From the NCBI GenBank assembly GCA_963796955.1, contig CAWCNJ010000008.1, positions 224,001 to 288,000 on the forward strand: a stretch of 64,000 nt of DNA, read 5' to 3'. The notes beneath the pieces were generated by a model. It saw nothing but the letters and a program-made list of their open reading frames with translations, was not told where the DNA came from and did no database searches. The stretch's first letter is position 1, and the number at the start of each line of letters is the position of its first letter. This stretch comes from Endomicrobiales bacterium (GTDB taxonomy: Bacteria > Elusimicrobiota > Endomicrobiia > Endomicrobiales > JALOBY01). This document shows, one piece after another, positions 1 through 10,046 of this stretch. Both the position numbers and the translations under genes were made by a program.

Positions 1-2
1 GA

Positions 3-137
3 AAAGCGGTCATGACCTTTTATTTCAGGCCTTCGTATTTGCGTTTACGGTTATCAAAACTGAGTTCGTTCGGAGACTTTGTAAGAAGCATATCTCAGGC
101 GCTAAGCCTTTTGAGGCAAACATGGCTGACAAAATAA
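3..137 (+). CDS. 3' end of an upstream CDS (partial), possibly a B12-binding radical SAM protein
   Basis: Open frame KAVMTFYFRPSYLRLRLSKL...WLTK* overlapping the next start; FYFRPSY resembles C-termini of B12/radical SAM proteins. Confidence 0.4.
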   Translation, partial: KAVMTFYFRPSYLRLRLSKLSSFGDFVRSISQALSLLRQTWLTK

Positions 138-1222
138 CCGGCACCGCCAGGCGGCGTCTGCTGTACCTTGCCACCAGCATGAATATCGGCGGCACCGAGA
201 CGAACCTTTTCCGGCTTATTGAACATTTTATAACGGAATATGATGTTACGGTCGCGGTACTCAAGGAAACAGGCTATTACGGCGGTGTGTTGTCCGAGAA
301 CGGGATCAACGTAGTACGGCTGCCGGGTTTCTTAGCGGTGCTATCATATCTCAACGAAAATAAATTCGACATTTTACATACCAGCCTTTACCGGGCCAAT
401 GTTATCGGCCGCGTGGCGGGCAGGATGGCTGGAGTTCCTGTTGTTATCTCCAGCCGTCAGGCGATGGATAAGTGGCGCTCCCCATGGCAGGTAGCCCTGG
501 ACCGCCTGACCGACGGCCTGGCGCACCATATAATCTGCAATTCCAAGGCGTGCTTATCGGCCCTGGTGAAAGAAGGTTATCCTGCGCAACGCGCAAGCGT
601 GATCTATACCGGTATAGATCCCCTGGTCTTTAACATGGCTGAATCAAAATCGGCCGCCAGGACGGCACTTGGTCTGCCGGAAAATGAGCCGGTAGCTTTA
701 ATGATATCGCGCCTGCATGCCGAAAAAGGTTTTGACTTTATGCCTCTGATCGCGTCAATGATGCCGAAAGGTATATTCGTGATCGCAGGCGACGGTCCTT
801 TAAAAGAACCGGTGAGCGCGGAGCTAAAAAAACTTGGTTTATACGACCGCTTTCGTTTTCTGGGTTGGCGGCAGGATATCGCCCGCCTGATGAGAGCCTC
901 TGACCTGATGCTGATGCCCTCACGGGAAGAAAGTTTTCCGCAGGCCGCCCTTGAAGCCGCGGGCTGCGGCCTTCCGGTAGTCGGTTTTGACATCGGCGGC
1001 ATGAAGGAATTAATTGACGACGGCCAGAGCGGCTTTCTGGTATCGCACATGAATTTTCAGGCATTCGCTGATTGCGCGAACAAGCTGGTATCCGATCTGC
1101 CCACGGCGAAACGCATGGGCTTGCTGGCGTATGAAAGATCGAAAACATTCACCCTGAAGAATATGACGGCGAAAACCGGTGAGCTGTACGCTTCACTGTT
1201 GGGGGAGAAAACAACAACATGA
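122..1222 (+). CDS. Glycosyltransferase family 4 (GT-B)
   Basis: GGTE N-terminal motif, EKG, FLGWRQD, PSREESFPQAALEA. Confidence 0.9.
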   Translation: MADKITGTARRRLLYLATSMNIGGTETNLFRLIEHFITEYDVTVAVLKETGYYGGVLSENGINVVRLPGFLAVLSYLNENKFDILHTSLYRANVIGRVAGRMAGVPVVISSRQAMDKWRSPWQVALDRLTDGLAHHIICNSKACLSALVKEGYPAQRASVIYTGIDPLVFNMAESKSAARTALGLPENEPVALMISRLHAEKGFDFMPLIASMMPKGIFVIAGDGPLKEPVSAELKKLGLYDRFRFLGWRQDIARLMRASDLMLMPSREESFPQAALEAAGCGLPVVGFDIGGMKELIDDGQSGFLVSHMNFQAFADCANKLVSDLPTAKRMGLLAYERSKTFTLKNMTAKTGELYASLLGEKTTT

Positions 1223-3312
1223 TGAATTGGCTGAAGCTGGTGATCATCGCTTTCTGGATGGCGCTTGCGGGCACCGCATATCTGCACCTGTACCCGTTCG
1301 GTGCTATTCTTTCAGGCTTACCGTCCATTACGAATATCAGTCTGTTCTCCGGCTTTTCGCATTTATTCCCGCATGTCTTCGCCCTGTTCTTTATCCTTTT
1401 CGCCGCCAACGGCTGGGGACTGTATTTTTGGTTCGACCAGCACCTGCAATTCAACGAAAAACTTGCCTTTGCTACCGGCGCGGGCCTGGGCGGAATGTCG
1501 CTGGCGGTGCTGCTGGCCAATTTCTTCGGCATAGCAGGCAACGGGATATTCCTTATCATACTTTTTTCAGGCTCCATGGCTTTTGTTTTCACGATACCAC
1601 GCGTGTATACCGGCACTTCGATCCGCCCTACCTGGCTTATAGCGCTGTGTCTGATCCCCCTCGGCAGCGCCCTGATAGGCGCGTTAGCCGCCCCCACGCA
1701 ATTCGATTCCCTGTGCTACCACCTGGCCCTGCCAGCTCAATATATAATGGCGGGGCATATGTTCCGCGTTCCTCACAACTTCTTTTTTGCATTCCCTCAG
1801 AATGCTGAGATGCTTTTTCAGCTGGGGCTGACCATCGACGGAGACATACTGGCGAACCTGCTTCATTGGGCATTCCTGCCGCTGATCGCATTACCCCTGC
1901 ACACGCTGACCACCCGGTATATGGGCGAGCGCGCCGCCTGGCTTGCAACGATCATCTGGTGCTCTACACCGGCGGCGCTGTTCCTGGCGACCGGGACATA
2001 CGTGGATCTCGCGCTCACCTTTTACCTGTTCCTGTCACTGCACGCCCTGCTGTTATGGTACTCCAGCCGGCACGAACGCTGGCTTATATGCTCGGGAATA
2101 TTTTTGGGCCTTGCCATAGGTACCAAGTACACCGCCGTGCTTTACGGAATACCGCTGGGACTACTGATGCTCTACAATTTGCGCGGTATCAGAGAAGCGC
2201 TGGTTTTCGGTCTGTCCGCCTTTGCCGCGTTTTTACCCTGGCTCATAAAGAACATTATTTATATTGGCAACCCGATCGCTCCCTGGGGAGCGGGTCTGCT
2301 TTCGTCATCGGGCATAACAGGCGCCCAGGCAGCGAAGTATTTCGAGCATATCCGCGGACATGGCATGAGCATGCATACCCTGCGCGATATAGCGGCGCTT
2401 CCCTGGAATATCACCGCGTACGGCTATACTTTTGGCGGCGCCTTTGACATCGTCGGTCCTGTGTTTTTGATCTTTATACCCATGCTGCTTTTGAAACGCA
2501 GGAACGATAAAATGCGTTTGGCGATGCTGGCGTATGTGCTCCTTTCGTTCGTGCTCTGGGCGTTAACGGGAAAAGTGCTGCGTTTTCTTATGCCTTTGAT
2601 ACCGTTGCTATGCATGTTTTCCGCCGAAGGAATTATTCAGGCTATCGGTGTAAGTGTGCCGGTGCCGATTAAAGATAAGTTCCGGATCATCATGGGAACG
2701 CCCCAGCCCGAGGAAACTCCAAAATTTTCGAATGCGGGCGGACATGCGGTAGTGAAGGCTGAGAATGCATTCAGAGGCATGCTCATCAGGGAATTTGCCG
2801 CAAAAACCATATTGTATCCGGTCCTGGCGCTGGCGCTTATCCATAATGTGCTCTTCTTTCACTGGGTGATGGCCTCTCCCGACCCGTACGCGCCGGTGCT
2901 GCGCGGCATCGACAGGAATGAATATCTTACAGCAAAGGTCAGTTACTACGGAGCGGTTAACGGCTACATCAACAAACTCCCGAACGCCAAAGTCCTTTTC
3001 CTGGGCGAGACCCGCGGCTACTACTGCCGAAAACCCGCGCTGGTCCCGACAGCTTTTGACCCTAACCCCTTCTTCAATTGGGCGAACACTTCTGCCGACG
3101 GCAACGAACTACTCGCCGATCTTCAAAAAGAACGCTTTACCCACATACTTTTTAACCAGACCGAATATGAGCGACTGGGTTTTGCGAAACAATTAACCAC
3201 AAAAGGACAAAGTAATTTCGACCAGCTGAAAAAAGATATGCTTACCATCGAATACGCCGACAAAAACACCAGGGTTTACCGGATAAACCCGTCAGAGAGG
3301 CAAACGCAATGA
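1219..3312 (+). CDS. Polytopic GT-C fold glycosyltransferase (ArnT/PMT-like)
   Basis: Many TM segments, DSLCYHL, YVDL, GLAIGTKYT, PWLIKN..GNP, RFLMP motifs; ATGA overlap with the previous gene. Confidence 0.7.
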   Translation: MMNWLKLVIIAFWMALAGTAYLHLYPFGAILSGLPSITNISLFSGFSHLFPHVFALFFILFAANGWGLYFWFDQHLQFNEKLAFATGAGLGGMSLAVLLANFFGIAGNGIFLIILFSGSMAFVFTIPRVYTGTSIRPTWLIALCLIPLGSALIGALAAPTQFDSLCYHLALPAQYIMAGHMFRVPHNFFFAFPQNAEMLFQLGLTIDGDILANLLHWAFLPLIALPLHTLTTRYMGERAAWLATIIWCSTPAALFLATGTYVDLALTFYLFLSLHALLLWYSSRHERWLICSGIFLGLAIGTKYTAVLYGIPLGLLMLYNLRGIREALVFGLSAFAAFLPWLIKNIIYIGNPIAPWGAGLLSSSGITGAQAAKYFEHIRGHGMSMHTLRDIAALPWNITAYGYTFGGAFDIVGPVFLIFIPMLLLKRRNDKMRLAMLAYVLLSFVLWALTGKVLRFLMPLIPLLCMFSAEGIIQAIGVSVPVPIKDKFRIIMGTPQPEETPKFSNAGGHAVVKAENAFRGMLIREFAAKTILYPVLALALIHNVLFFHWVMASPDPYAPVLRGIDRNEYLTAKVSYYGAVNGYINKLPNAKVLFLGETRGYYCRKPALVPTAFDPNPFFNWANTSADGNELLADLQKERFTHILFNQTEYERLGFAKQLTTKGQSNFDQLKKDMLTIEYADKNTRVYRINPSERQTQ

Positions 3313-4361
3313 CAGCTCACCAGCTTTTACGCCATCACCCCTCGCTCTTATACGCGATCACTTTTGCCATAGCTCTGGTCATATCGGCCGTCGTTACACC
3401 GGTCATGCGCTATATCGCTACAAAACTGAACATCTTCGACTGCCCGCATTCGGCTATAAAGACCCACCGGCAGCCGATACCGTACCTGGGCGGCGTCGCG
3501 ATCTGGGCGGGCCTGGTACTGGCGCTTTTCATTATACGTTTCTTCACTAACTTTCCGACCGGAACACTGCACAATCTGCGCGGTATCCTTTTAGGCAGCA
3601 CCATCATGCTGGGGCTTGGGCTGATAGACGATATCAAAACAAAGGGCCTCGGCTTTAAGAAAAAGTTTCTGATACAGATACTGGCTGCCGTGATCGTGAT
3701 CTGGTTCGATATCCGTCTGCATTTCGTGACCCCCTACCTCATGGCCTTCGCGCTCAGCATCGTCTGGCTGGTAGGCATCACGAACGCCTTTAATATCATT
3801 GATATTATGGACGGTCTTTCAAGCGGCGTCGCATGCATCGCGTCCGTCGCGTTCTTGCTTATCTCACTGCCTTCCGAAATGATCTACGTGAACTTTTGCG
3901 CCGCCGCATTGGCAGGCGCCTGCCTCGGCTTTATCCCGTACAACCTTTCAAAAAAGCTGAAGATATTCATGGGGGACACAGGCAGCCTGACCATAGGTTT
4001 TGTCTGTGCCTCGCTGGCATTGGGCACCTCCTACACCAGGCTTAACGATATCGGTTTAATAGCTCCGTTATTTATACTTGCCATCCCTATTTATGATACA
4101 ATCCTGGTATCGGTGCTGCGTTTGCAAAAAGGCCAATCGCCTTTTCTGGGCAGCAAAGACCATTTCGCGCTGCGGCTTGAATTCATGGGTTACAGCAGAA
4201 AGCAGATACTGGTGATCATTTATGTCGCAAGCGCCTGGCTTGCCCTCAGCGCCTATTTTATAACGGTCGCAACCGTCAATGAAGCCCTGATGATCTGCGC
4301 CGTGACCGCCGTATTATCCTGGTTCGTAACGACACGCCTTGCCAAAGTGGAGATCCATTGA
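3309..4361 (+). CDS. wecA: Undecaprenyl-phosphate GlcNAc-1-phosphate transferase (WecA/TagO, MraY family)
   Basis: PYLGG, GLIDD, NAFNIIDIMDGL, FMGDTGS, DHF motifs. Confidence 0.85.
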   Translation: MTAHQLLRHHPSLLYAITFAIALVISAVVTPVMRYIATKLNIFDCPHSAIKTHRQPIPYLGGVAIWAGLVLALFIIRFFTNFPTGTLHNLRGILLGSTIMLGLGLIDDIKTKGLGFKKKFLIQILAAVIVIWFDIRLHFVTPYLMAFALSIVWLVGITNAFNIIDIMDGLSSGVACIASVAFLLISLPSEMIYVNFCAAALAGACLGFIPYNLSKKLKIFMGDTGSLTIGFVCASLALGTSYTRLNDIGLIAPLFILAIPIYDTILVSVLRLQKGQSPFLGSKDHFALRLEFMGYSRKQILVIIYVASAWLALSAYFITVATVNEALMICAVTAVLSWFVTTRLAKVEIH

Positions 4362-5641
4362 AGAAAAACAACAAGACCATCATCATCGGCGGGGGAATAA
4401 CCGGCCTGGCCTGCGGCTATTACGCAAGACAGCCATACGAAATTCTCGAGAAAGAAAACGAACCCGGCGGCCTGTGCCGCTCTGTCAAGTTCGGCGGATT
4501 TACCTTCGACCACGCCGGCCATTTTATCCATGCAAGAAAACCCGAAACTATCAGCCTGCTGAAAAAACTATTAGGAAGGGATCTGGCGAAAGTAAACCGA
4601 AAAGCCTGGATCCACGCCTACTCTTCCTATATACCGTTCCCGTTCCAGGCAAACCTTTATGCACTGCCGCCCAAACAACGCGCGGAATGCGTTAAAGGTT
4701 TCCTTGCCCGCAAAGAGGACCCCAAAGCGCAAGTTAACTTCCTGCGCTGGTCGCTGGCGACCTACGGCAAAGGCATAACCAAACATTTCATGCAGCCGTA
4801 CAATGAGAAACTCTGGACGGTACATGCCGCAACCCTTATGACCGACTGGGTAGCCCCGTTCGTGCCGAATCCGAGGCCGGAAGAGATACTTGCCGGCTCT
4901 AAAAAATTCGCTGATAATACGTTGGGTTACAATGCCCATTTCTTTTATCCGAAAAAAGGCGGCTGTGCAGCGCTCGTCAACGCTCTGGCGAAACGTTTAA
5001 AGAATTTGAAGGTGGGTACCGCCGTAACGAAAGTAGATTGGAAAAACCGCAGGGTACATACAGCAGACGGCGGGCAGGTTTCTTATAAAAACCTCATTTC
5101 GACCCAGCCGCTACCCGAGTTGCTAGGCCAAATGCCGAACCTGCCTGCAAAAGTTAAAGCCGCCGCAGAAAAATTGAACTGGAACGGAGTCCTGTGCCTG
5201 AATATATCGGTAAAGACAAAACTAACCGATAAAGACCGCCACTGGGTCTACTTTCCTGAAAAGAAATACGCCTTCTACCGCGCCGGCGTTTACACGAACG
5301 TAATGCCCGGCATGGCCCCCAAAGGATGGCGGAGCTTCTATGTGGAATTCTCCTACCGGCCCGGCAAAAAACCCGCCGAAGAAAAGTTCCTTGCCGGCGT
5401 TAAAAGGGACCTCACGGAATCCGGCCTGATAGCAAAAGGGGAGAACCTTGACGTGGTAAACCCGATCAACATCCCATACTCCTACGTCATTTACGATAAG
5501 AGTCGCACTGAAGCCGTAAACACGATACAGGAATTCCTGAAAAAGCATAACATCCACTCCATAGGAAGATACGGCGCATGGAAGTATTCATTTATAGAAG
5601 AATCGATCACTGATGCAAGAGAGTTAATGGCAAAGCTATGA
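4358..5641 (+). CDS. FAD-dependent oxidoreductase, UDP-galactopyranose mutase/protoporphyrinogen oxidase-like
   Basis: IIGGGITGL Rossmann, GGLCRS..FTFDHAGH, PYNEKLW, GRYGAWKY; glycan locus context. Confidence 0.7.
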   Translation: MKKNNKTIIIGGGITGLACGYYARQPYEILEKENEPGGLCRSVKFGGFTFDHAGHFIHARKPETISLLKKLLGRDLAKVNRKAWIHAYSSYIPFPFQANLYALPPKQRAECVKGFLARKEDPKAQVNFLRWSLATYGKGITKHFMQPYNEKLWTVHAATLMTDWVAPFVPNPRPEEILAGSKKFADNTLGYNAHFFYPKKGGCAALVNALAKRLKNLKVGTAVTKVDWKNRRVHTADGGQVSYKNLISTQPLPELLGQMPNLPAKVKAAAEKLNWNGVLCLNISVKTKLTDKDRHWVYFPEKKYAFYRAGVYTNVMPGMAPKGWRSFYVEFSYRPGKKPAEEKFLAGVKRDLTESGLIAKGENLDVVNPINIPYSYVIYDKSRTEAVNTIQEFLKKHNIHSIGRYGAWKYSFIEESITDARELMAKL

Positions 5642-6798
5642 CTATAATTAAAGTCGCACACATAATTACAAAACTTGAACTGGGGGGAGCGCAGCAAAAT
5701 ACCCTTTACACCGTAAGTCATCTCGACCGTGAACGCTTTGCACCGGTTCTTATAACCGGCGAGGGCGGCATTCTTGATGATGATGCAAGAAAACTTAAAG
5801 GCGTAGAAGTAATTTTCGTTCCCGGATTAGTCCGTTCTATTATCCCGATCTTCGATGTCACTGCTCTGTTTCGTCTCTATAAAATACTACGCAAAGTAAA
5901 ACCCGATATAGTCCACACCCACTCATCCAAAGCCGGCATCCTGGGAAGATGGGCCGCCTGGTTCGCAAAAGTCCCCGTGATAATCCACACCTTCCACGGC
6001 TTCGGCTTCCACGATTTTCAGCACCCTTTAATAAAATGGCTGTATGTTACTGTTGAAAAAGCAACCGGCCTGATAACCGACAAATTCGTCGTAGTCGCCG
6101 CCGATAATACAGACAAAGCCGTAAAAGAGGGTATTGGAAAAAAAGAAGATTATATTGTGATCCACAGCGGCATAGATACAGAAAAATACAAAACACCGAT
6201 ACAAAACAAAGAAGCCAAACGCGCCGAGCTGGGCTTAAAACCCACTGATCAAGTAGTAACAACCATCGGCCCCTTCAAACCCCAAAAAAACCTCCCCGAC
6301 TTCTTCAAAGCCGCCGCCATAATAACCAAACAAAACCCCAAAGCCGTCTTTCTCGTAGTAGGCGACGGCGCCCTGCGCCCCCAATTTGAGGCCCAGATGA
6401 ACGAACTTGGCATCACAGACAAAGTAAAACTTTTAGGCTGGCGCCGAGACACCGCCGAGTTATTAGCCATCTCCGACGTCTTCGTAATGACCTCCCTCTG
6501 GGAAGGTCTTCCCAGATCCGTCCTTGAAGCCATGTGCGCCGCCCTCCCAGTCGTAGCCAACAACGTCGACGGCGTTGCCGAAGTAGTAAAAGACGGCCTC
6601 ACCGGCTATCTAACTACTCCGAGACAACCTGAACAAACCGCCCTGAAGGTTATACAGGTTCTGGCAAATCCATCAAAAGCCAATGCTATGGGTGTTTCTG
6701 GCAAAGATACCATGACAAAGATTTTTGACATAAACCAGATGGTTGTTGAGCAAGAAACACTTTACTTGACCCAAGTAGCAGTTGGTTGTGCGGACTAA
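5638..6798 (+). CDS. Glycosyltransferase family 4
   Basis: GGAQ, HTHSSKAG, HTFHG, QKN, SLWEGLPRSVLEAM. Confidence 0.92.
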   Translation: MTIIKVAHIITKLELGGAQQNTLYTVSHLDRERFAPVLITGEGGILDDDARKLKGVEVIFVPGLVRSIIPIFDVTALFRLYKILRKVKPDIVHTHSSKAGILGRWAAWFAKVPVIIHTFHGFGFHDFQHPLIKWLYVTVEKATGLITDKFVVVAADNTDKAVKEGIGKKEDYIVIHSGIDTEKYKTPIQNKEAKRAELGLKPTDQVVTTIGPFKPQKNLPDFFKAAAIITKQNPKAVFLVVGDGALRPQFEAQMNELGITDKVKLLGWRRDTAELLAISDVFVMTSLWEGLPRSVLEAMCAALPVVANNVDGVAEVVKDGLTGYLTTPRQPEQTALKVIQVLANPSKANAMGVSGKDTMTKIFDINQMVVEQETLYLTQVAVGCAD

Positions 6799-6942
6799 AT
6801 CCCTTTATCCGCCAATCAGGTGAGCGATCTTCATTCCTTCGGCTCAGCTGTTTGAAGCCCCACTCCTAAGTATGTTGAATGGGGGTGTGGGGCAAGTTCT
6901 GAGCCGGCGAAGATCGTGAACCGAAATGGATATACGGATTTA
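6796..6942. other. 147-nt nested inverted-repeat (rod-like hairpin) element; MITE/REP-like or structured ncRNA
   Basis: Paired segments TAAATCC/GGATTTA, TATCC/GGATA, CGATCTTC/GAAGATCG, CGGCTCAG/CTGAGCCG, GCCCCAC/GTGGGGC. Confidence 0.6.
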
Positions 6943-6981
6943 CGTAGTACAATCAACTGCGAACGATGCACCCATTATCAA

Positions 6982-7251
6982 ATGAGAACACACAACTCCA
7001 ACGGATTTTCTTTCATTCGTATGCTGCTTACGATAGTACTGATCGGGGCAGCGTATTATCTTATCATGAAATTATCTTTAAGCGGTTTCTTAGGGCACAA
7101 CCGGGATGTGATACAGACTGCTGGCGATGTTGGGATCAATACTTCAAGTTATGCCGAACTTGTGAAGTCGGCAAAGGATGTTGTTGCAGATGCTAATGCC
7201 AAACTTATCAAGCAAGATGAAGACATGCAAAAGCAGCTTGATACACATTAA
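6982..7251 (+). CDS. Small hypothetical protein with one N-terminal TM helix (start uncertain; ORF track starts at 6916)
   Basis: MRTHNSNGFSFIRMLLTIVLIGAAYYL then a helical tail; GFSFI weakly resembles a pilin-like N-terminus but lacks the E+5 residue. Confidence 0.5.
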   Translation: MRTHNSNGFSFIRMLLTIVLIGAAYYLIMKLSLSGFLGHNRDVIQTAGDVGINTSSYAELVKSAKDVVADANAKLIKQDEDMQKQLDTH

Positions 7252-7286
7252 AAACAGTAATAGGCGTTGTAAACAGGAGATTCGAT

Positions 7287-7733
7287 ATGAGCAATGTTGA
7301 GAAGTCGGTTGATGTTTTCAAACAGGGTTTTAATTGCGCGCAGGCTATAATTTCTGTCTATGGGGAAGAGCTTGGGTTAAATAAGACGGATGCGCTGCGG
7401 TTGTCGGCGGCTTTTGGGGCTGGGATCGCGCGGACTGGTTCTGTCTGCGGGGCGGTTTCAGGTGCTTTGATGGTGGTGGGTTTACGGCACGCTAAAGGGC
7501 TGGAGTCTAAAGAGAAAGTTATTGCCACGGCACAGGAATTCCTGAAAGTGTTCGCTGAGACCTGCGGATCAACGGAATGCAGGGAACTGCTTGGCGTTGA
7601 TCTCGGCACGCCTGAAGGAGCGCAGAGGTTCAAGGATAAAGATCTGCTGCGCAGCCGCTGCACTGAATTCGTGCGCGCTGCGGCTGAAATACTTGAAGGG
7701 ATAACGCCTAAGAAAATTGCGGGTGGTATCTAG
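7287..7733 (+). CDS. C_GCAxxG_C_C family putative redox-active protein
   Basis: FNCAQ, CGAVSGA, CRELLG, C-terminal Cys; AGGAG RBS. Confidence 0.85.
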   Translation: MSNVEKSVDVFKQGFNCAQAIISVYGEELGLNKTDALRLSAAFGAGIARTGSVCGAVSGALMVVGLRHAKGLESKEKVIATAQEFLKVFAETCGSTECRELLGVDLGTPEGAQRFKDKDLLRSRCTEFVRAAAEILEGITPKKIAGGI

Positions 7734-7757
7734 TCAGGTTTTGTTTTTATGCGGTAA

Positions 7758-7786
7758 TTGACTTCCTCTGCAGGTACTGATAGCAT
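7758..7786 (+). promoter_or_regulatory. Putative sigma70 promoter
   Basis: TTGACT-17 bp-TAGCAT upstream of 7828. Confidence 0.35.
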
Positions 7787-7827
7787 CACGGTATCACGCA
7801 CCGTATTGGTGCGAACGGGGGAAATCA

Positions 7828-8379
7828 ATGAAATGGTCACTGCTGCTGTTATCTTGTCTGGTGTTGATGGGCGGCTGCGCGAGTCTCAGGGTTCGGCAGG
7901 ATTATGACACGACGGTGGATTTTACCCGGTTAAAGACTTACGACTGGATCCATCACGATATCAACAACGCCTCAGTGGACAACTCTTTGACCAACGACCG
8001 TATAAGGAAAGCAGCTGATAACGCCCTGAAAGTAATTGGATACGTAAAAAAGACCACCGGCACTGTCGATTTTCTTGTGGACTACGATTATAGTATTACC
8101 CGGGAATCGCAGACCGGTAACAGCACCAGTTTAGGTCTCGGCTTTTCAGGCGGTTTTGGCGGCGGCTTTGGGCTGGGTGTGGGGCAGAACATTGAGCAGG
8201 ATGAGACGGAAACCCTGGGTATCGCCGTGATAGATCCGGTAACGAACAAACTGATGTGGAGAGGCTTTGTGCAGCAGGGCTATGTCAGACATACCGACCC
8301 GAATAGAGCTGCCCGCGATATACGGAAAACCGTTGAAGAGATATTAACCAGATTCCCGCCGGTAAAAGGCCTTAAGTGA
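7828..8379 (+). CDS. DUF4136 family lipoprotein
   Basis: Lipobox LMGGC, DYD..VDF..LKTYDW, Gly-rich stretch, LMWRG, FPP end. Confidence 0.8.
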   Translation: MKWSLLLLSCLVLMGGCASLRVRQDYDTTVDFTRLKTYDWIHHDINNASVDNSLTNDRIRKAADNALKVIGYVKKTTGTVDFLVDYDYSITRESQTGNSTSLGLGFSGGFGGGFGLGVGQNIEQDETETLGIAVIDPVTNKLMWRGFVQQGYVRHTDPNRAARDIRKTVEEILTRFPPVKGLK

Positions 8380-8471
8380 TTTTTCATAGCTTTCACAAAT
8401 AATTCTCTCGATTTTCACCCTTATAATGTATTATACTAATAGTAGAAGAGCGCGACCAGGAGGCCCCGATC

Positions 8472-8846
8472 ATGAAATGTCCGAAATGCGAAGGCAAGAT
8501 GCAGGAAGTAGAACACCAGCACATTGAGATCGACCGCTGCAGCGAGTGCAACGGCATATGGTTCGATATACTGGAAGCTGAAGATCTGAAGAAATTAGCC
8601 GGCAGCGAAGTTATAGATATCGGGGATAAAAAGATTGGCAAACAGTTGAATGGTAATGACGATATCGCCTGCCCCAAATGTAACGTTAAAATGCTGCGGA
8701 TGGTGGACGCCAAACAACCGCACATCTGGTATGAAGCCTGCCCGGTCTGCTACGGCACTTTTTTTGACGCTGGAGAATTCATAGATTTCAAAAAACATAC
8801 GGTGTTGGACTTAATAAAAGATATATTCACTAAAGAACGCAAATAG
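8472..8846 (+). CDS. Tandem zf-TFIIB zinc-ribbon protein
   Basis: MKCPKC...IDRCSECNGIWFD and CPKC...CPVCYGTFFDAGE. Confidence 0.85.
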   Translation: MKCPKCEGKMQEVEHQHIEIDRCSECNGIWFDILEAEDLKKLAGSEVIDIGDKKIGKQLNGNDDIACPKCNVKMLRMVDAKQPHIWYEACPVCYGTFFDAGEFIDFKKHTVLDLIKDIFTKERK

Positions 8847-8866
8847 AGACCGGCAGCGGGGTAAAA

Positions 8867-8895
8867 TTGACAACACCCGCCAAATTGGGTAAAAT
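8867..8895 (+). promoter_or_regulatory. sigma70 promoter of the icd-ndk-ackA-fab region
   Basis: TTGACA-17 bp-TAAAAT. Confidence 0.7.
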
Positions 8896-8980
8896 ACAGG
8901 TAATAACACTTTTCCAAGACAACGGCTTAACGTGTCTTGGGATTGTTATTTTATAGGTTTAAAAGGTTTAAGGAGCGACC

Positions 8981-10042
8981 ATGACTACCCACACTGTAAC
9001 TTTGATCCCCGGCGACGGGATAGGCCCGGAACTAACCAACGCAACGACCAGGGTCGTTGACGCTTCCGGAGCATCGATCCGCTGGGAAATAGCTGAAGCC
9101 GGCTCAGATGTGATGAGCAAATACGGCACGCCGCTGCCGGAAACAACACTACAATCTGTGCGCAAGAATAAGGTAGCGCTTAAAGGCCCCATAACGACGC
9201 CGATCGGCACTGGGTTTCGCTCTGTCAACGTTGCTATCCGTAAAGAGCTGGACCTGTATTGCTGCCTGCGCCCCTGCATAACCTATCCCGGCGTAAAATC
9301 GCGTTTCAAAGATATCGATCTGGTCGTGGTAAGGGAAAATACCGAAGACCTTTACGCGGGCGTAGAATGGCCTGCTGATGCCGATGAGTCCAAAAAAGTG
9401 ATCGAGCTTTCCAAAAACAAGATCCGCGAACACTCCGCCATATCCATTAAACCCATCTCCCGCTTTTGCACCGAACGCATAGTTAAATTCGCATTCGAAT
9501 ATGCCGTTGCCAAAGGCCGCAAGAAAGTTACCGCCGTTACGAAAGCCAATATAATGAAGTTCACGGACGGCTTGTTCTTTGAAGTAGCCCGTGAAGTCGC
9601 GAAGCGCTACGAAGGCAAGGTTGCCTACGAAGAGCGCCTGATAGACAACATGTGCATGCAACTGGTGCAAAAGCCCGAGCTGTACGATGTTATAGTGCTG
9701 CCCAACCTTTACGGAGACATCCTTTCAGACCTGTGTGCCGGCCTGGTCGGCGGCCTTGGCGTCGCGCCCGGCGCGAACCACGGCAGCGAGATAGCTGTCT
9801 TTGAAGCCGTGCACGGCTCCGCCCCGAAGTACGCGGGACAGAACAAGGCGAACCCTACGGCGCTGATATTGTCCGCGAAATTAATGCTGGAGCATCTGGG
9901 CGAAACAGCCGCCGCGGCAAAAATAGAGAAAGCCGTCTCAGAACTTATAGCCGAAGGCAAAGACGTAACGTATGACCTTGGCGGGACCTGTGGCACGAAA
10001 GAATATGCCGATGCCATTATCGCGCGTATGGCGAGGGGATAA
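8981..10042 (+). CDS. icd: Isocitrate dehydrogenase (NAD-type, IDH/IPMDH family)
   Basis: [44 protein letters not shown]. Confidence 0.85.
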   Translation: MTTHTVTLIPGDGIGPELTNATTRVVDASGASIRWEIAEAGSDVMSKYGTPLPETTLQSVRKNKVALKGPITTPIGTGFRSVNVAIRKELDLYCCLRPCITYPGVKSRFKDIDLVVVRENTEDLYAGVEWPADADESKKVIELSKNKIREHSAISIKPISRFCTERIVKFAFEYAVAKGRKKVTAVTKANIMKFTDGLFFEVAREVAKRYEGKVAYEERLIDNMCMQLVQKPELYDVIVLPNLYGDILSDLCAGLVGGLGVAPGANHGSEIAVFEAVHGSAPKYAGQNKANPTALILSAKLMLEHLGETAAAAKIEKAVSELIAEGKDVTYDLGGTCGTKEYADAIIARMARG

Positions 10043-10046
10043 CAAC

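Noticed and set aside
8381..8398. Third Rex-like site (TTTTCATAGCTTTCACAA)
   Set aside because: Only the right half-site matches; left half has three mismatches
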